From assembly GCA_964461865.1 (NCBI GenBank), contig CAYWVK010000001.1:3218-42704 (forward strand): a DNA stretch of 39,487 bases, in the 5' to 3' direction. The translations under genes were made by a program, and so were the position numbers. The notes below the pieces were generated by a model. The model was not told where the DNA came from and did not search any database. It saw only the letters and a program-made list of their open reading frames with translations. Below, piece after piece: positions 16,100-24,730 of this stretch. Each line of letters starts with the position of its first letter. Positions within the stretch are counted from its first letter, which is position 1. Origin of the DNA: an uncultured Gammaproteobacteria bacterium (GTDB lineage Bacteria; Patescibacteriota; Microgenomatia; Levybacterales; UBA12049).

Positions 16100-17180
16100 A
16101 AAAATAATCCCAATTATTATTTTGTTATTAATTGTTTTTTTTATTGGTAAAAATGCCCTTCGTATTGCAAACTTTGTCCCTTTTTTATATGAATTAACTT
16201 TTAAAAAAGATATAAAAGTTAAAACTGAAAATAAAAGATTAAACATATTACTTTTAGGGGTTGGAGGAGAAAATCATGAGGGGCCAAATTTAACAGATAC
16301 AATAATTATTGCCAGCATAAGCCCTAAGAATGATAAAGTAACTTTAATATCATTACCAAGAGATTTTTGGGTTACAGATTTAAAAGCGAAAATAAACACG
16401 GCATATGTATATGGTGAAAAAAAGAGAGAAGGGGGAGGGATAACTCTTGTTCAGGCAGTAATCAAAAAAATAACAAATCTGCCAATAGATTACACGTTAA
16501 AAATTGATTTTTCAGGATTTGTAAATGCAGTTGATTTATTGGGTGGGATTGATGTAGATGTAGAAAAAGCATTTGATGATTATGAATACCCAATTGATGG
16601 TAAAGAAAATGACCCCTGTGGACATAAGGAAGAGGAGCTAGGAGCTCTTGCTACCGTTTCATCACAATTGGAGGCTTTTCCTTGTAGATATGAACATATA
16701 CACTTTGATAAAGGCGTTCAGCATATGGATGGTTCTACGGCATTAAAGTTTGTTAGATCAAGGCATGCAAAGGGGGACGAAGGCACTGATTTTGCCAGGA
16801 GTAAAAGACAGGAAAAAATAATAAAGGCATGCAAAGATAGGGCTTTTTCTCTTCAAATGTTTTTAAACCCCGGTAAATTTTTAGACCTCTATGATGTACT
16901 AAAAGAAAGTATAGATACAAACATAAAAGAGGATGAATTTGATGATTTTATAAGATTAATGCAGAATTTTTCCAAAGCAGAAATAAAAAGCATTGCCATT
17001 GATACGGGTGATTCAAAAACAGAAAGGGCCGGTTTGTTAATAAATCCTGAAATAACTAAGGAATATAATTTTGAGTGGGTAGTTATTCCAAGGACAGGAA
17101 GCGGAAATTATGAAGAGATTAGCAATTATATAAATTGCGAGCTTACTAGGAGTGATTGTGTTATTTCCAAAAATCCTTAA
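16092..17180 (+). CDS. LCP (LytR-CpsA-Psr) family cell-wall glycopolymer ligase
   Basis: N-terminal TM span, then 'LNILLLGVGGENHEGPNLTDTIIIASISPKNDKVTLISLPRDFWV' and 'ALKFVRSRH' LCP signatures. It overlaps the tpiA stop by 8 nt. Confidence 0.8.
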   Translation: MRKKIIPIIILLLIVFFIGKNALRIANFVPFLYELTFKKDIKVKTENKRLNILLLGVGGENHEGPNLTDTIIIASISPKNDKVTLISLPRDFWVTDLKAKINTAYVYGEKKREGGGITLVQAVIKKITNLPIDYTLKIDFSGFVNAVDLLGGIDVDVEKAFDDYEYPIDGKENDPCGHKEEELGALATVSSQLEAFPCRYEHIHFDKGVQHMDGSTALKFVRSRHAKGDEGTDFARSKRQEKIIKACKDRAFSLQMFLNPGKFLDLYDVLKESIDTNIKEDEFDDFIRLMQNFSKAEIKSIAIDTGDSKTERAGLLINPEITKEYNFEWVVIPRTGSGNYEEISNYINCELTRSDCVISKNP

Positions 17181-19360
17181 TATATTTTATATATTTTTGT
17201 ATTACCGTTTTTATAAATAATTTTTCCAAGCTTTTCAAATTTAACTTCATTAAGATCTGAATATTTTTCTTTTTCTAAGCTTCCAATAAAAACAAGAGAA
17301 ATGTGATATTTATTTATTAATTCTTTTGTTTTTATTAAATCTAATGATTCATATATGGTTTTAATATCATTAATTCTAGGAGCAGGGATGTCATATCTTC
17401 CTCTCCAAAGCCATTCATGAACAGTCCATCCTAAAACTGTTGGTAAGCCTGTATTTGAAGAGATTCTTGCATAATCAGTATAAGAATCTCCTTGTGCTTC
17501 AAGAATTACTGGTTGTTTTTTAATGTTTTTATTTAGCCAGATTATTGCATCATAATCATTGGGATAAGAAGTTTTTAGATATTTAACTCCATCTAATCCT
17601 TGTACATTTTTAAACTCTTGGTAATATGAATTTATTGAAAGATAAGGATAAATAAATATTGTTGATATTAAGATTAAGGAAAAAGCAAAATAAAAAATAA
17701 ATAATAATTTATTTAAATTATTATTTAAGCCTTTTCTAAAGCAAGAGAAAATACGAATAATGATATATGAGGATGAAATAGAAAGTAAAATAAATGCTTG
17801 ATAAACCATTTTAAACATGGTATTTGCTCTGTAGTGTGCAGGATATATGTCTTTTATGTAGATAAATTCAGGAATAATAATTAAAATAGTAGAGAATAAT
17901 ATCAATAAAATAATAAATTTATCTGTTTTTAAAAGCTTAAATGATTTTTGCCTTATTTTTTTAAATAAGAATATACAAAAAGAAAGTACCCAAAAATAAA
18001 AAAATCCGTATAAAATTAAAAGTTGCCAGATAGGTGATCTTTGACAATGATTTTCTTCAAATAAAAACGGTCCTATTTTTTTTATATTTACTAAAAAATC
18101 TGGTGGGCAAATAAAGCCAATTCCCGAAACAAAGGGTTTAAAAAACAAATTAAAAGGAAAAGAGAATATAAAATAACCGATAAAAAGTATTAAAGAAAAA
18201 AATATAGTTTTTGTGAATAATTTCTTATAAGTATCTTTTTTTAAAAGATAGATATAAAAAATAAAAATTATTGCCAAGATTAGGTAGATAGCTCCGTCCC
18301 AGGCGTTTGTCATATAAAGGACAGAGGTTAAAAAAGAAAGAAAAATAATCATAAAAAGGTTTATTTTTTCGTTTATAACAATATTTAAAAAAACAGCGAT
18401 TGTTAACAAGACAAAAGGAATATCTAAAACATGTCCATGTAAATCGGAGACAACCCATGAGTATATCGGAAATTCATGAATGGTGTTATAGATAAACCTG
18501 GTTGCATTTGGATACCAATATAGATTCGGAAAGGAGAAGGGTAAAAAATTAAGTAGCCATATTGGGACAGGGGTTTCATTTGCATAAGCTTTAAAAAAAG
18601 AGTAAAGAACATGTAAGTTTCCGGAAAATGTAACCAAAAATGCTGTTAATATTCCTGAAATTAATAAGCGGAGATGATTCACTTTTTTTATTAGTTTTTC
18701 TTTTGCTAAAAAATATAAATTAGAACCAATAGAAAATGAAGCGCTAAAACAAAAAGCAAAAACTAATGCTTGCATTAAATTGAACGTAACAGCGGAAGAG
18801 ATACCTGAAAGCTTTGTTAACATAGCAGTTATCAGATGTCCAAAATAGTAATAATTAATATTAAAAGAAGTAAACCAGATATCTTTTGCAGGAAAATAAT
18901 CTGTTCTTAAAATTGAATTTATTATTCCAAAATCCATAAATTTTTCAAGCCCATTAATGTTTGGTTGAAACATTTTTACAAAGGACCAAAAAACAAATAC
19001 ACTTAAAAAGATTATTTCTTCAATTAAATAAATTTTCCAATTTAACTTAAAAGAATTTATAAAATCTATTTTATTTAAATGCGGTATTTTTTTGTGTTTA
19101 TATTTAAAAAGAAAAAAATAATTAATAAAAAAAGCAATAATTAATATGAAAATAATACTTCCTTGAGTAAAAGAAAGAATCTTTACAGTACCTAAAACAA
19201 ATAAAGCATAAGCAGTAGCTATAATTCCTAAGATTTTAGAAAAGATGTAACCTCTATCGAAAAATTTTTTAAAAAAAGATGTCGTTATCGGTAAAAAAAT
19301 GATCCCAATAATAAAAACTATAAACCACCAAGGTAAGATGTAGTAGATATCAGAAAGCAT
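17177..19360 (-). CDS. DUF2298 / Chlor_Arch_YYY-domain polytopic membrane protein (putative GT-C-like glycosyltransferase)
   Basis: 727-aa protein with about 20 TM spans. The near-invariant family motif 'NYYYFGH' is encoded at 18836-18853. There is a C-terminal soluble domain. Confidence 0.6.
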   Translation of the reverse strand: MLSDIYYILPWWFIVFIIGIIFLPITTSFFKKFFDRGYIFSKILGIIATAYALFVLGTVKILSFTQGSIIFILIIAFFINYFFLFKYKHKKIPHLNKIDFINSFKLNWKIYLIEEIIFLSVFVFWSFVKMFQPNINGLEKFMDFGIINSILRTDYFPAKDIWFTSFNINYYYFGHLITAMLTKLSGISSAVTFNLMQALVFAFCFSASFSIGSNLYFLAKEKLIKKVNHLRLLISGILTAFLVTFSGNLHVLYSFFKAYANETPVPIWLLNFLPFSFPNLYWYPNATRFIYNTIHEFPIYSWVVSDLHGHVLDIPFVLLTIAVFLNIVINEKINLFMIIFLSFLTSVLYMTNAWDGAIYLILAIIFIFYIYLLKKDTYKKLFTKTIFFSLILFIGYFIFSFPFNLFFKPFVSGIGFICPPDFLVNIKKIGPFLFEENHCQRSPIWQLLILYGFFYFWVLSFCIFLFKKIRQKSFKLLKTDKFIILLILFSTILIIIPEFIYIKDIYPAHYRANTMFKMVYQAFILLSISSSYIIIRIFSCFRKGLNNNLNKLLFIFYFAFSLILISTIFIYPYLSINSYYQEFKNVQGLDGVKYLKTSYPNDYDAIIWLNKNIKKQPVILEAQGDSYTDYARISSNTGLPTVLGWTVHEWLWRGRYDIPAPRINDIKTIYESLDLIKTKELINKYHISLVFIGSLEKEKYSDLNEVKFEKLGKIIYKNGNTKIYKIY

Positions 19361-19386
19361 AATTAATAAGTTATTTTATTTTTATT

Positions 19387-21051
19387 TTATTTATAAGAGC
19401 AATTATTTTCATAAATATAGTATTGAGTAAGTTGGTTTTCGTATACTTTTTTAAAATTAGAGTCAAAAAAATCAAAATTAAAATTTTCATCTATGTTTTT
19501 AGTTAATTCAATATATTTTAAATTATATTCATTTAATTTATCACATGCATCATCAATATTTGAACTACCTAGGATCTCTTTTCTTATCTTATCTCTTTTA
19601 TTAGTATCGTATCCTTGTGACCAGGCAAAATAAGGCCATCCTAAAAATATTTTTCTTCCGGCAATGGAGGCAGGAGTGTATAAATACGAAGAGTTAAGAA
19701 AAATACTATCTTTTGGTGTATTTTTTATTATCCAGGATACGTCTTTATTTTTTGGATAATCGGTTAATATAACTTTATTGTCATTATAGATAGGAAAAAA
19801 ATCAATAATTCCAGAAAATGTTAAGAGAAGGATGAAAAATAAAACAACAGGTTTTAAGAAATTTCTCTTTTTCCAAAGCCAAATTAAAAAGTAAGAAGAA
19901 AACATCACTCCTATAATCATGAATAAGTTTATGAATTTATGATTTGCGGCAATTTCCACTGAAAATTGAAATATGTTAGCAATGATAAACAAGATTAAAA
20001 ACGAAACAAACACTTTTCTTTGAGTTTTTAAAGCAATCAAAAACCCAAATGGGATTAAAAGAATATGAAGGCCCAAATTATAAAACCAATAGTTTAAGAA
20101 TGAATATAAAGTTAATCTGTCGCTTATTAAATAACCGGGATCAATAAAGAAAGAAGAAGTTGAAAAGCCTGATTGGGTATACATGTAAAAAGGAATTGCG
20201 GTTATTAATCCAATAAGCATAAACACAATTAAAGAATAACGGTTTTTTTTAAAAAATATCGATAAGGAAATTGCAATTATTAATGTCATTGCATAAACAG
20301 CCATGTTTAAAAGAAAAGAAAAACCTAAGATAACGCCTAATACGATACTAAGCTTTAAAGAAATTTCCTTTTTACTTAAAATCTTTTTAAGAAATAAATA
20401 AACTAAAAATAATGACAGGGCATATGACATGCCAAGATGTCTTTGATTTGTGTAAATATTTAAATTCCAGAAAGCAGAAACTATTCCATCTCCATAGTAA
20501 GGAGCAAAAGAGGAAAAGCTTTTATTAGATATAATATCAACTAAAATATTATTTGAACTATTAAAATAAGATTTAAAAAAATAAACAAAACTTAAACTAC
20601 CGTTAAAAAGAAAAAATAAAACACTTAATATTCCTGTTGTTTTTGATTTAAAAATTAATTTAGCGGTTAAATAAATTATTATTAACAATCCGAAAAAACC
20701 TATAATAGATGGAATATTTAAAGCGTAATCAATTCTAAGTCCTATTTTTTCTAAAATTCCTGAAATTAAATAAAAAAGAAAATGATAATGAATCGGAGTT
20801 CCTGGAAAAAGAGGATATTCAGGCAAGAAATTATTACCTAAAGAAAAAGAGCGAATAAGGGGAATATGGCTGGCAAAATCACTCCATGCCTTAGTGGATA
20901 TAAGCATACTGCCATTTTCATAAGAAAAAGATGAAAACATTAACCAATAACTAAAAAACAGAGAAAATAATATTAAAGCAACTTCTATTTTATTTTTTTT
21001 AATAAGTTTTAGTTTTTTTTTAAAAAATTTATTCACAGCAAATTTTTGCAA
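19387..21051 (-). CDS. Large polytopic membrane protein, possible GT-C-like glycosyltransferase
   Basis: 554-aa protein with more than 12 TM spans and a C-terminal soluble domain of about 140 aa. The architecture resembles its neighbour. I see no diagnostic motif. Confidence 0.4.
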   Translation of the reverse strand: MQKFAVNKFFKKKLKLIKKNKIEVALILFSLFFSYWLMFSSFSYENGSMLISTKAWSDFASHIPLIRSFSLGNNFLPEYPLFPGTPIHYHFLFYLISGILEKIGLRIDYALNIPSIIGFFGLLIIIYLTAKLIFKSKTTGILSVLFFLFNGSLSFVYFFKSYFNSSNNILVDIISNKSFSSFAPYYGDGIVSAFWNLNIYTNQRHLGMSYALSLFLVYLFLKKILSKKEISLKLSIVLGVILGFSFLLNMAVYAMTLIIAISLSIFFKKNRYSLIVFMLIGLITAIPFYMYTQSGFSTSSFFIDPGYLISDRLTLYSFLNYWFYNLGLHILLIPFGFLIALKTQRKVFVSFLILFIIANIFQFSVEIAANHKFINLFMIIGVMFSSYFLIWLWKKRNFLKPVVLFFILLLTFSGIIDFFPIYNDNKVILTDYPKNKDVSWIIKNTPKDSIFLNSSYLYTPASIAGRKIFLGWPYFAWSQGYDTNKRDKIRKEILGSSNIDDACDKLNEYNLKYIELTKNIDENFNFDFFDSNFKKVYENQLTQYYIYENNCSYK

Positions 21052-22312
21052 CTTTTTGTCCTAATTCAACTGCATAGTTTACGCCTCTGTCCCAAGGATA
21101 AACTTGATCCATATTTGCTAAAAAAATGTTCTTATGAGGAGTTTTAATATCAGGAATTATTTTAGAATAATTTGTAAAAACAATTGGTTGTGCATAATTA
21201 CTTTTAAACAATTTGATATCAATAATGTCCTTTTTGTAATCTTTATTAATTTTTTTGAGAAATGGATCAAAAACAGCTAATAGTTCCTTTTTATTTTTAG
21301 AAAAATATAAACTATCTACAGGAAAATAATTTCCTATATAAACAATATTTTCATTATTGTAATTTTTTTTGTTTATAAAATTTGTATGTTCTACAATTGC
21401 CATAACCGGCGATTTTTTAGAACAAATATTTAGCCAATATGTACCATCTGTTAAAAAACTTTTTTTAAATCTGATAATTAAACTTATTGCTCCGATGCTT
21501 TTCAACTTATTTAAATTATTTTTATAAGTTTTGGAAAGATTATCTGTAGTTTTTAAAAATTCAAGAGTTGAAGAGGTAACAATAATTTTGTCGAAGATAA
21601 AAACTTTCTTTTTATTTTTATTATTTAAAACTTCAATAATTGTTTTTTCATCATTATTTTTTATTTTTATTATTTTACTTTTGAAAAAAAAATGCCCGTT
21701 TAATTTTTTTATTATTTTATAAAGAGAATTTTCAAATTCTAAAAAACCACCGACTGGATAAACAAGAGATGTTGTTCTTTTTTTAACTCTAGCCCAAAAC
21801 CAAGCAAGAGATATGTCCTTTTTATAATTTTTAAACTTATTTTCAAATAGTGGTTGCCAAATTAATTGATAGCCTTGTTTTCCCATTAGTAAGGGGAGTA
21901 GTTTATTGGCTTTTACTTTTTCTAATGGTTTCCAGAAGGGATTATAGCGAAGTAGGGCTAATGACATACCCATTCTTAATCGTTTTATAAGTGATAAAAG
22001 CGGAAAATTAATAAGGGTTAAGGGTGAGTCTAGTTGGTAAGTTTTTCCGTTTATAAGGCTTGAAGTTTTAGGTCTTAGTGTAATTAATTGTTGATTAATT
22101 TCTTCAGCTAAGTTTTTAACAGCGATATCATTTGTAAATAAATGATGATAATGGTTTTCAATAGACCATTTCCAATCTTTTTCTTTAAAACCTGAAGCAA
22201 GCCCTCCTAAGAAATTTTCTTTTTCAAAAATATAAACGTCATGACCTTTTTTTACCAAATCATAAGCAGCAGACAGGCCTGTAAATCCTGCTCCTAAAAT
22301 TGCAATTTTCAT
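21029..22312 (-). CDS. FAD/NAD(P)-binding oxidoreductase (amine-oxidase/phytoene-desaturase-like Rossmann class)
   Basis: N-terminal dinucleotide fold 'KIAILGAGFTGLSAAYDLVKKGHDVYIFEKENFLGGLA'. The C-terminal 'NMDQVYPWDRGVNYAVELGQKVA' is typical of this flavoprotein class. Confidence 0.65.
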   Translation of the reverse strand: MKIAILGAGFTGLSAAYDLVKKGHDVYIFEKENFLGGLASGFKEKDWKWSIENHYHHLFTNDIAVKNLAEEINQQLITLRPKTSSLINGKTYQLDSPLTLINFPLLSLIKRLRMGMSLALLRYNPFWKPLEKVKANKLLPLLMGKQGYQLIWQPLFENKFKNYKKDISLAWFWARVKKRTTSLVYPVGGFLEFENSLYKIIKKLNGHFFFKSKIIKIKNNDEKTIIEVLNNKNKKKVFIFDKIIVTSSTLEFLKTTDNLSKTYKNNLNKLKSIGAISLIIRFKKSFLTDGTYWLNICSKKSPVMAIVEHTNFINKKNYNNENIVYIGNYFPVDSLYFSKNKKELLAVFDPFLKKINKDYKKDIIDIKLFKSNYAQPIVFTNYSKIIPDIKTPHKNIFLANMDQVYPWDRGVNYAVELGQKVAKICCE

Positions 22313-23787
22313 AAGAAAGATAATCTTCCGCGGCTTAATAGAAGTAAAATTATGCCCAGAATTGTAGTTGTTATACCAATAATAAAAAGATTTATCAAGG
22401 ATGAACTTCCTACAGACGGTGGAGCTTGTATAGCAGAGGGAGTAGCATTTATTACAGTTGGGGTAGGGGTTTGAATAATAACTTGAGTGGGGATAGGAGT
22501 TATTGTAGGTGAAAGAGCAATTATTGGAGTAATTGTAATAGTTGGACTAACGGTAACTTCCGGTTCTGTTGTTGGGGTTGGTGTAACAGTGGTAGTTGGT
22601 AATGGAGTAATTGTTGGGGTTAGTGTAATTGAGGGTAACCCTGTAGGCGTAGGAGATAAAGAATCGGAAAAGGTGCTACCTGAAGCATAAACTGTAAAAG
22701 ATTTTGTAATTGTTCTTAAAATTCCTTGTGCGTCTTTTGAGATTATGGTAATTGTATGATCTCCAGGAGATAACTCTTCTTTTGGACGATAATACCAGTT
22801 TCCATATTTATCTGCGTTAACTTCATCTTCAATTTGATTTTCGGAATTAATGATTATCTTAACTACCTCATTTGGTATTGCTTTGCCTTTAAATTCGGGT
22901 TTTAAATCTGAAAAACTTTGATTTTCTTCTTTAGGCGATGCTATTGAAGGAGAGCTAATGCCATTTTTGCTTGTTGAACTTGCAGGAAATGAGGGAAGCT
23001 TTTCAAGCTTACCGGATTCGGAAGCTTTCTTAGCTTCAAGACTAGTTGTAAAGTCATAATTTTTAGAAAGAGTGATTAATGGAACCGGATTTATTTGTTG
23101 AAGTGATAATAATATATTTGATGAATAACCATCTCCTACAATAGTCATTTTTATATTTGTATTTTCTGCAAACATGAAATATGAAGATAAATCTTTATTT
23201 CTTAGGGAATTAAGAGGAAGAATGTATGATCCATCTTCTTTTACAATAGTTGAAATGACTTGTGCTTCTTCTATAGTTGCATAAATAATTGCTTCTTTTG
23301 GTGGTTCCCCGTTTGATAAAAGAATTTTCCCTGTAATCGGTTCTTGCTCATTAGGTTTGCTATTAATTAACGATCCTGTGGTTACTTCGTAGAAAGAGTC
23401 GTTATTTAGATAAGTCTCTTCTCCGCTAGTAATTGAAAAATAATATTTTGTTTGAGGTTTTAAGTTTCTTGCGGTAATGCTGTGAATTTTTCTTGGTGTG
23501 ATGTCGCCTGATGTTTGATCTTTATCATCAAGCACCTTTTGTAAAGAATCTTTATTTTCTCCAATATTTATCGAGCCAATTGCCTCACCATTTGTTGAAA
23601 AAGAAATTGTAGTAGTGGAATCTGTAATATTCGTAATTCTTACTTCTTGAGGATTATCAACCGGGGTTGCTCTTGTAATATAAAATACTCCTTGATTCAC
23701 AAAATATGATGTTAGTCCGATACCAATTGTTATAAGAAACAGTCCCAATATGGTTGGTATTCTTTTATTCCAAAAACTTTTTTTCAC
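22309..23787 (-). CDS. Surface protein: N-terminal TM, FN3-like, CarboxypepD_reg-like and Ig-like beta-sandwich domains, Thr/Pro linker, C-terminal TM anchor
   Basis: 'PQEVRITNITDSTTTISFSTNG...LKPQTKYYFSI' is FN3-like. 'ITGKILLSNGEPPKEAIIYA...EDGSYILP' is carboxypeptidase-regulatory-like. 'GKAIPNEVVKIII...ADKYGNWYYRP...LSPGDHTITIISKDAQG' is bacterial Ig-like. An 87-aa TP-rich linker, a hydrophobic helix and 'SRGR' follow. Confidence 0.55.
   Translation of the reverse strand: MKKSFWNKRIPTILGLFLITIGIGLTSYFVNQGVFYITRATPVDNPQEVRITNITDSTTTISFSTNGEAIGSINIGENKDSLQKVLDDKDQTSGDITPRKIHSITARNLKPQTKYYFSITSGEETYLNNDSFYEVTTGSLINSKPNEQEPITGKILLSNGEPPKEAIIYATIEEAQVISTIVKEDGSYILPLNSLRNKDLSSYFMFAENTNIKMTIVGDGYSSNILLSLQQINPVPLITLSKNYDFTTSLEAKKASESGKLEKLPSFPASSTSKNGISSPSIASPKEENQSFSDLKPEFKGKAIPNEVVKIIINSENQIEDEVNADKYGNWYYRPKEELSPGDHTITIISKDAQGILRTITKSFTVYASGSTFSDSLSPTPTGLPSITLTPTITPLPTTTVTPTPTTEPEVTVSPTITITPIIALSPTITPIPTQVIIQTPTPTVINATPSAIQAPPSVGSSSLINLFIIGITTTILGIILLLLSRGRLSFL
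22408..22668 (-). repeat. Low-complexity Thr/Pro/Ile-rich linker-coding tract (degenerate TPTITP-type repeats)
   Basis: Encodes 'SDSLSPTPTGLPSITLTPTITPLPTTTVTPTPTTEPEVTVSPTITITPIIALSPTITPIPTQVIIQTPTPTVINATPSAIQAPPSVG'. Reiterated ggagt/attgt/ggtgt units are visible at the DNA level. Confidence 0.6.
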
Positions 23788-24104
23788 GGCAATAATGCTC
23801 CTCCCAAAGAAGCTTGATTTTCTTGCGTTTCTGTTTGTAGAGCTGGAGTTGGGATAGCACTTGTTGTCGCACTAGGGGTTGTTGATATTTCATTATGTTT
23901 TATATACAAAGGTTCAATTTGATCTCTTTTTTTTATATTCTCAATAGTTTTTAAATCGAAATCAGCTTTTATTGGGGTTACTTTATTAGTAATTTTTTTG
24001 GGAATAGTAGATTCTACAGAGCCGTGATAAACATTAAAAATAATCCAGATAAATATTACGAATAATGATGATCCTAGAATAAAAATAATATCTTTTTGTT
24101 TCAT
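23784..24104 (-). CDS. Small membrane-anchored protein with a Thr/Pro-rich tail, in the pilP-equivalent position
   Basis: 106-aa ORF with an N-terminal TM span. Its start lies 1 nt after the pilO-like stop, and it overlaps the next gene by 4 nt. Confidence 0.45.
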   Translation of the reverse strand: MKQKDIIFILGSSLFVIFIWIIFNVYHGSVESTIPKKITNKVTPIKADFDLKTIENIKKRDQIEPLYIKHNEISTTPSATTSAIPTPALQTETQENQASLGGALLP

Positions 24105-24105
24105 A

Positions 24106-24729
24106 TTAGCTTTTAAAGTATGCTGTTCCTTTTATGCTTAGCTTTAATATATTTCCTTTTTTTCGATCAGAAACATTATTAATGGTTATTGTTTCAAGCG
24201 ATAATATTCTTTGCATATTACTTAATGAACTTATAAACTTTACGATATTATTATAATCTCCCTCAATTGATATATTAAAATTGTAACTTGAATATTTTTT
24301 AGAAACTTTATTTTCAGATATAGCTTCAACTTGAAGAGTTTGTGCACTAATAATATCCACGCCGTTATTTTTTGCTAATGCTTCAATTTGGCCTATAAGT
24401 ACTGCGTTTTCCGGTGTCTTAGGAATAGCAGAGTAAACATCAACTAGGTCTCCTTGAAGATTAGCGTATTTTTCCTGAAGAATTGAGAGATTATTAATCT
24501 TTTGTTTTAGCTGTTCTTCAATAAGCTGATTATCTTTTAGTTCTTTTTGAAGTTTTGATATAGTTGATAATGTTGGTCCTATTGCAAAAATTCCAAAAAA
24601 ACAAAGAGTAATTAAAGTTAGAGCTAAGGTAATAAATTTTTTGTTTTTTTCCTCTTTAAAAGAGGGTAAAAGTTGTAAATATTTATTTTTTTGTAAATTA
24701 TTAAGCCAATCTTTTTTTATGGTTATCAT
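24106..24729 (-). CDS. pilO: Type IV pilus assembly protein PilO-like
   Basis: The architecture runs from a basic N-terminus through one TM span (FITLALTLITLCFFGIFAIGP) and a coiled coil (KLQKELKDNQLIEEQLKQKINNL) to a C-terminal alpha/beta domain ('IPKTPENAVLIGQIEALAKNNGV'). I chose ATG 24729, 1 nt after the pilN stop, rather than the track's 24810. Confidence 0.55.
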   Translation of the reverse strand: MITIKKDWLNNLQKNKYLQLLPSFKEEKNKKFITLALTLITLCFFGIFAIGPTLSTISKLQKELKDNQLIEEQLKQKINNLSILQEKYANLQGDLVDVYSAIPKTPENAVLIGQIEALAKNNGVDIISAQTLQVEAISENKVSKKYSSYNFNISIEGDYNNIVKFISSLSNMQRILSLETITINNVSDRKKGNILKLSIKGTAYFKS

Positions 24730-24730
24730 A

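Noticed and set aside
21029-22312. Calling the FAD oxidoreductase a DprE1 orthologue to complete a decaprenyl-phospho-arabinose pathway.
   Set aside because: DprE1 belongs to the VAO-type FAD-binding family. This protein has an N-terminal GxGxxG Rossmann fold of the amine-oxidase/desaturase class, so orthology is not supported.
22487-22690. Plus-strand 67-aa Gly/Val-rich ORF, and a similar Trp/Cys-rich ORF at 29959-30156.
   Set aside because: They are mirror images of the Thr/Pro-linker coding tracts of the two surface proteins. The composition is an artefact of reading ACN/CCN repeats in reverse.
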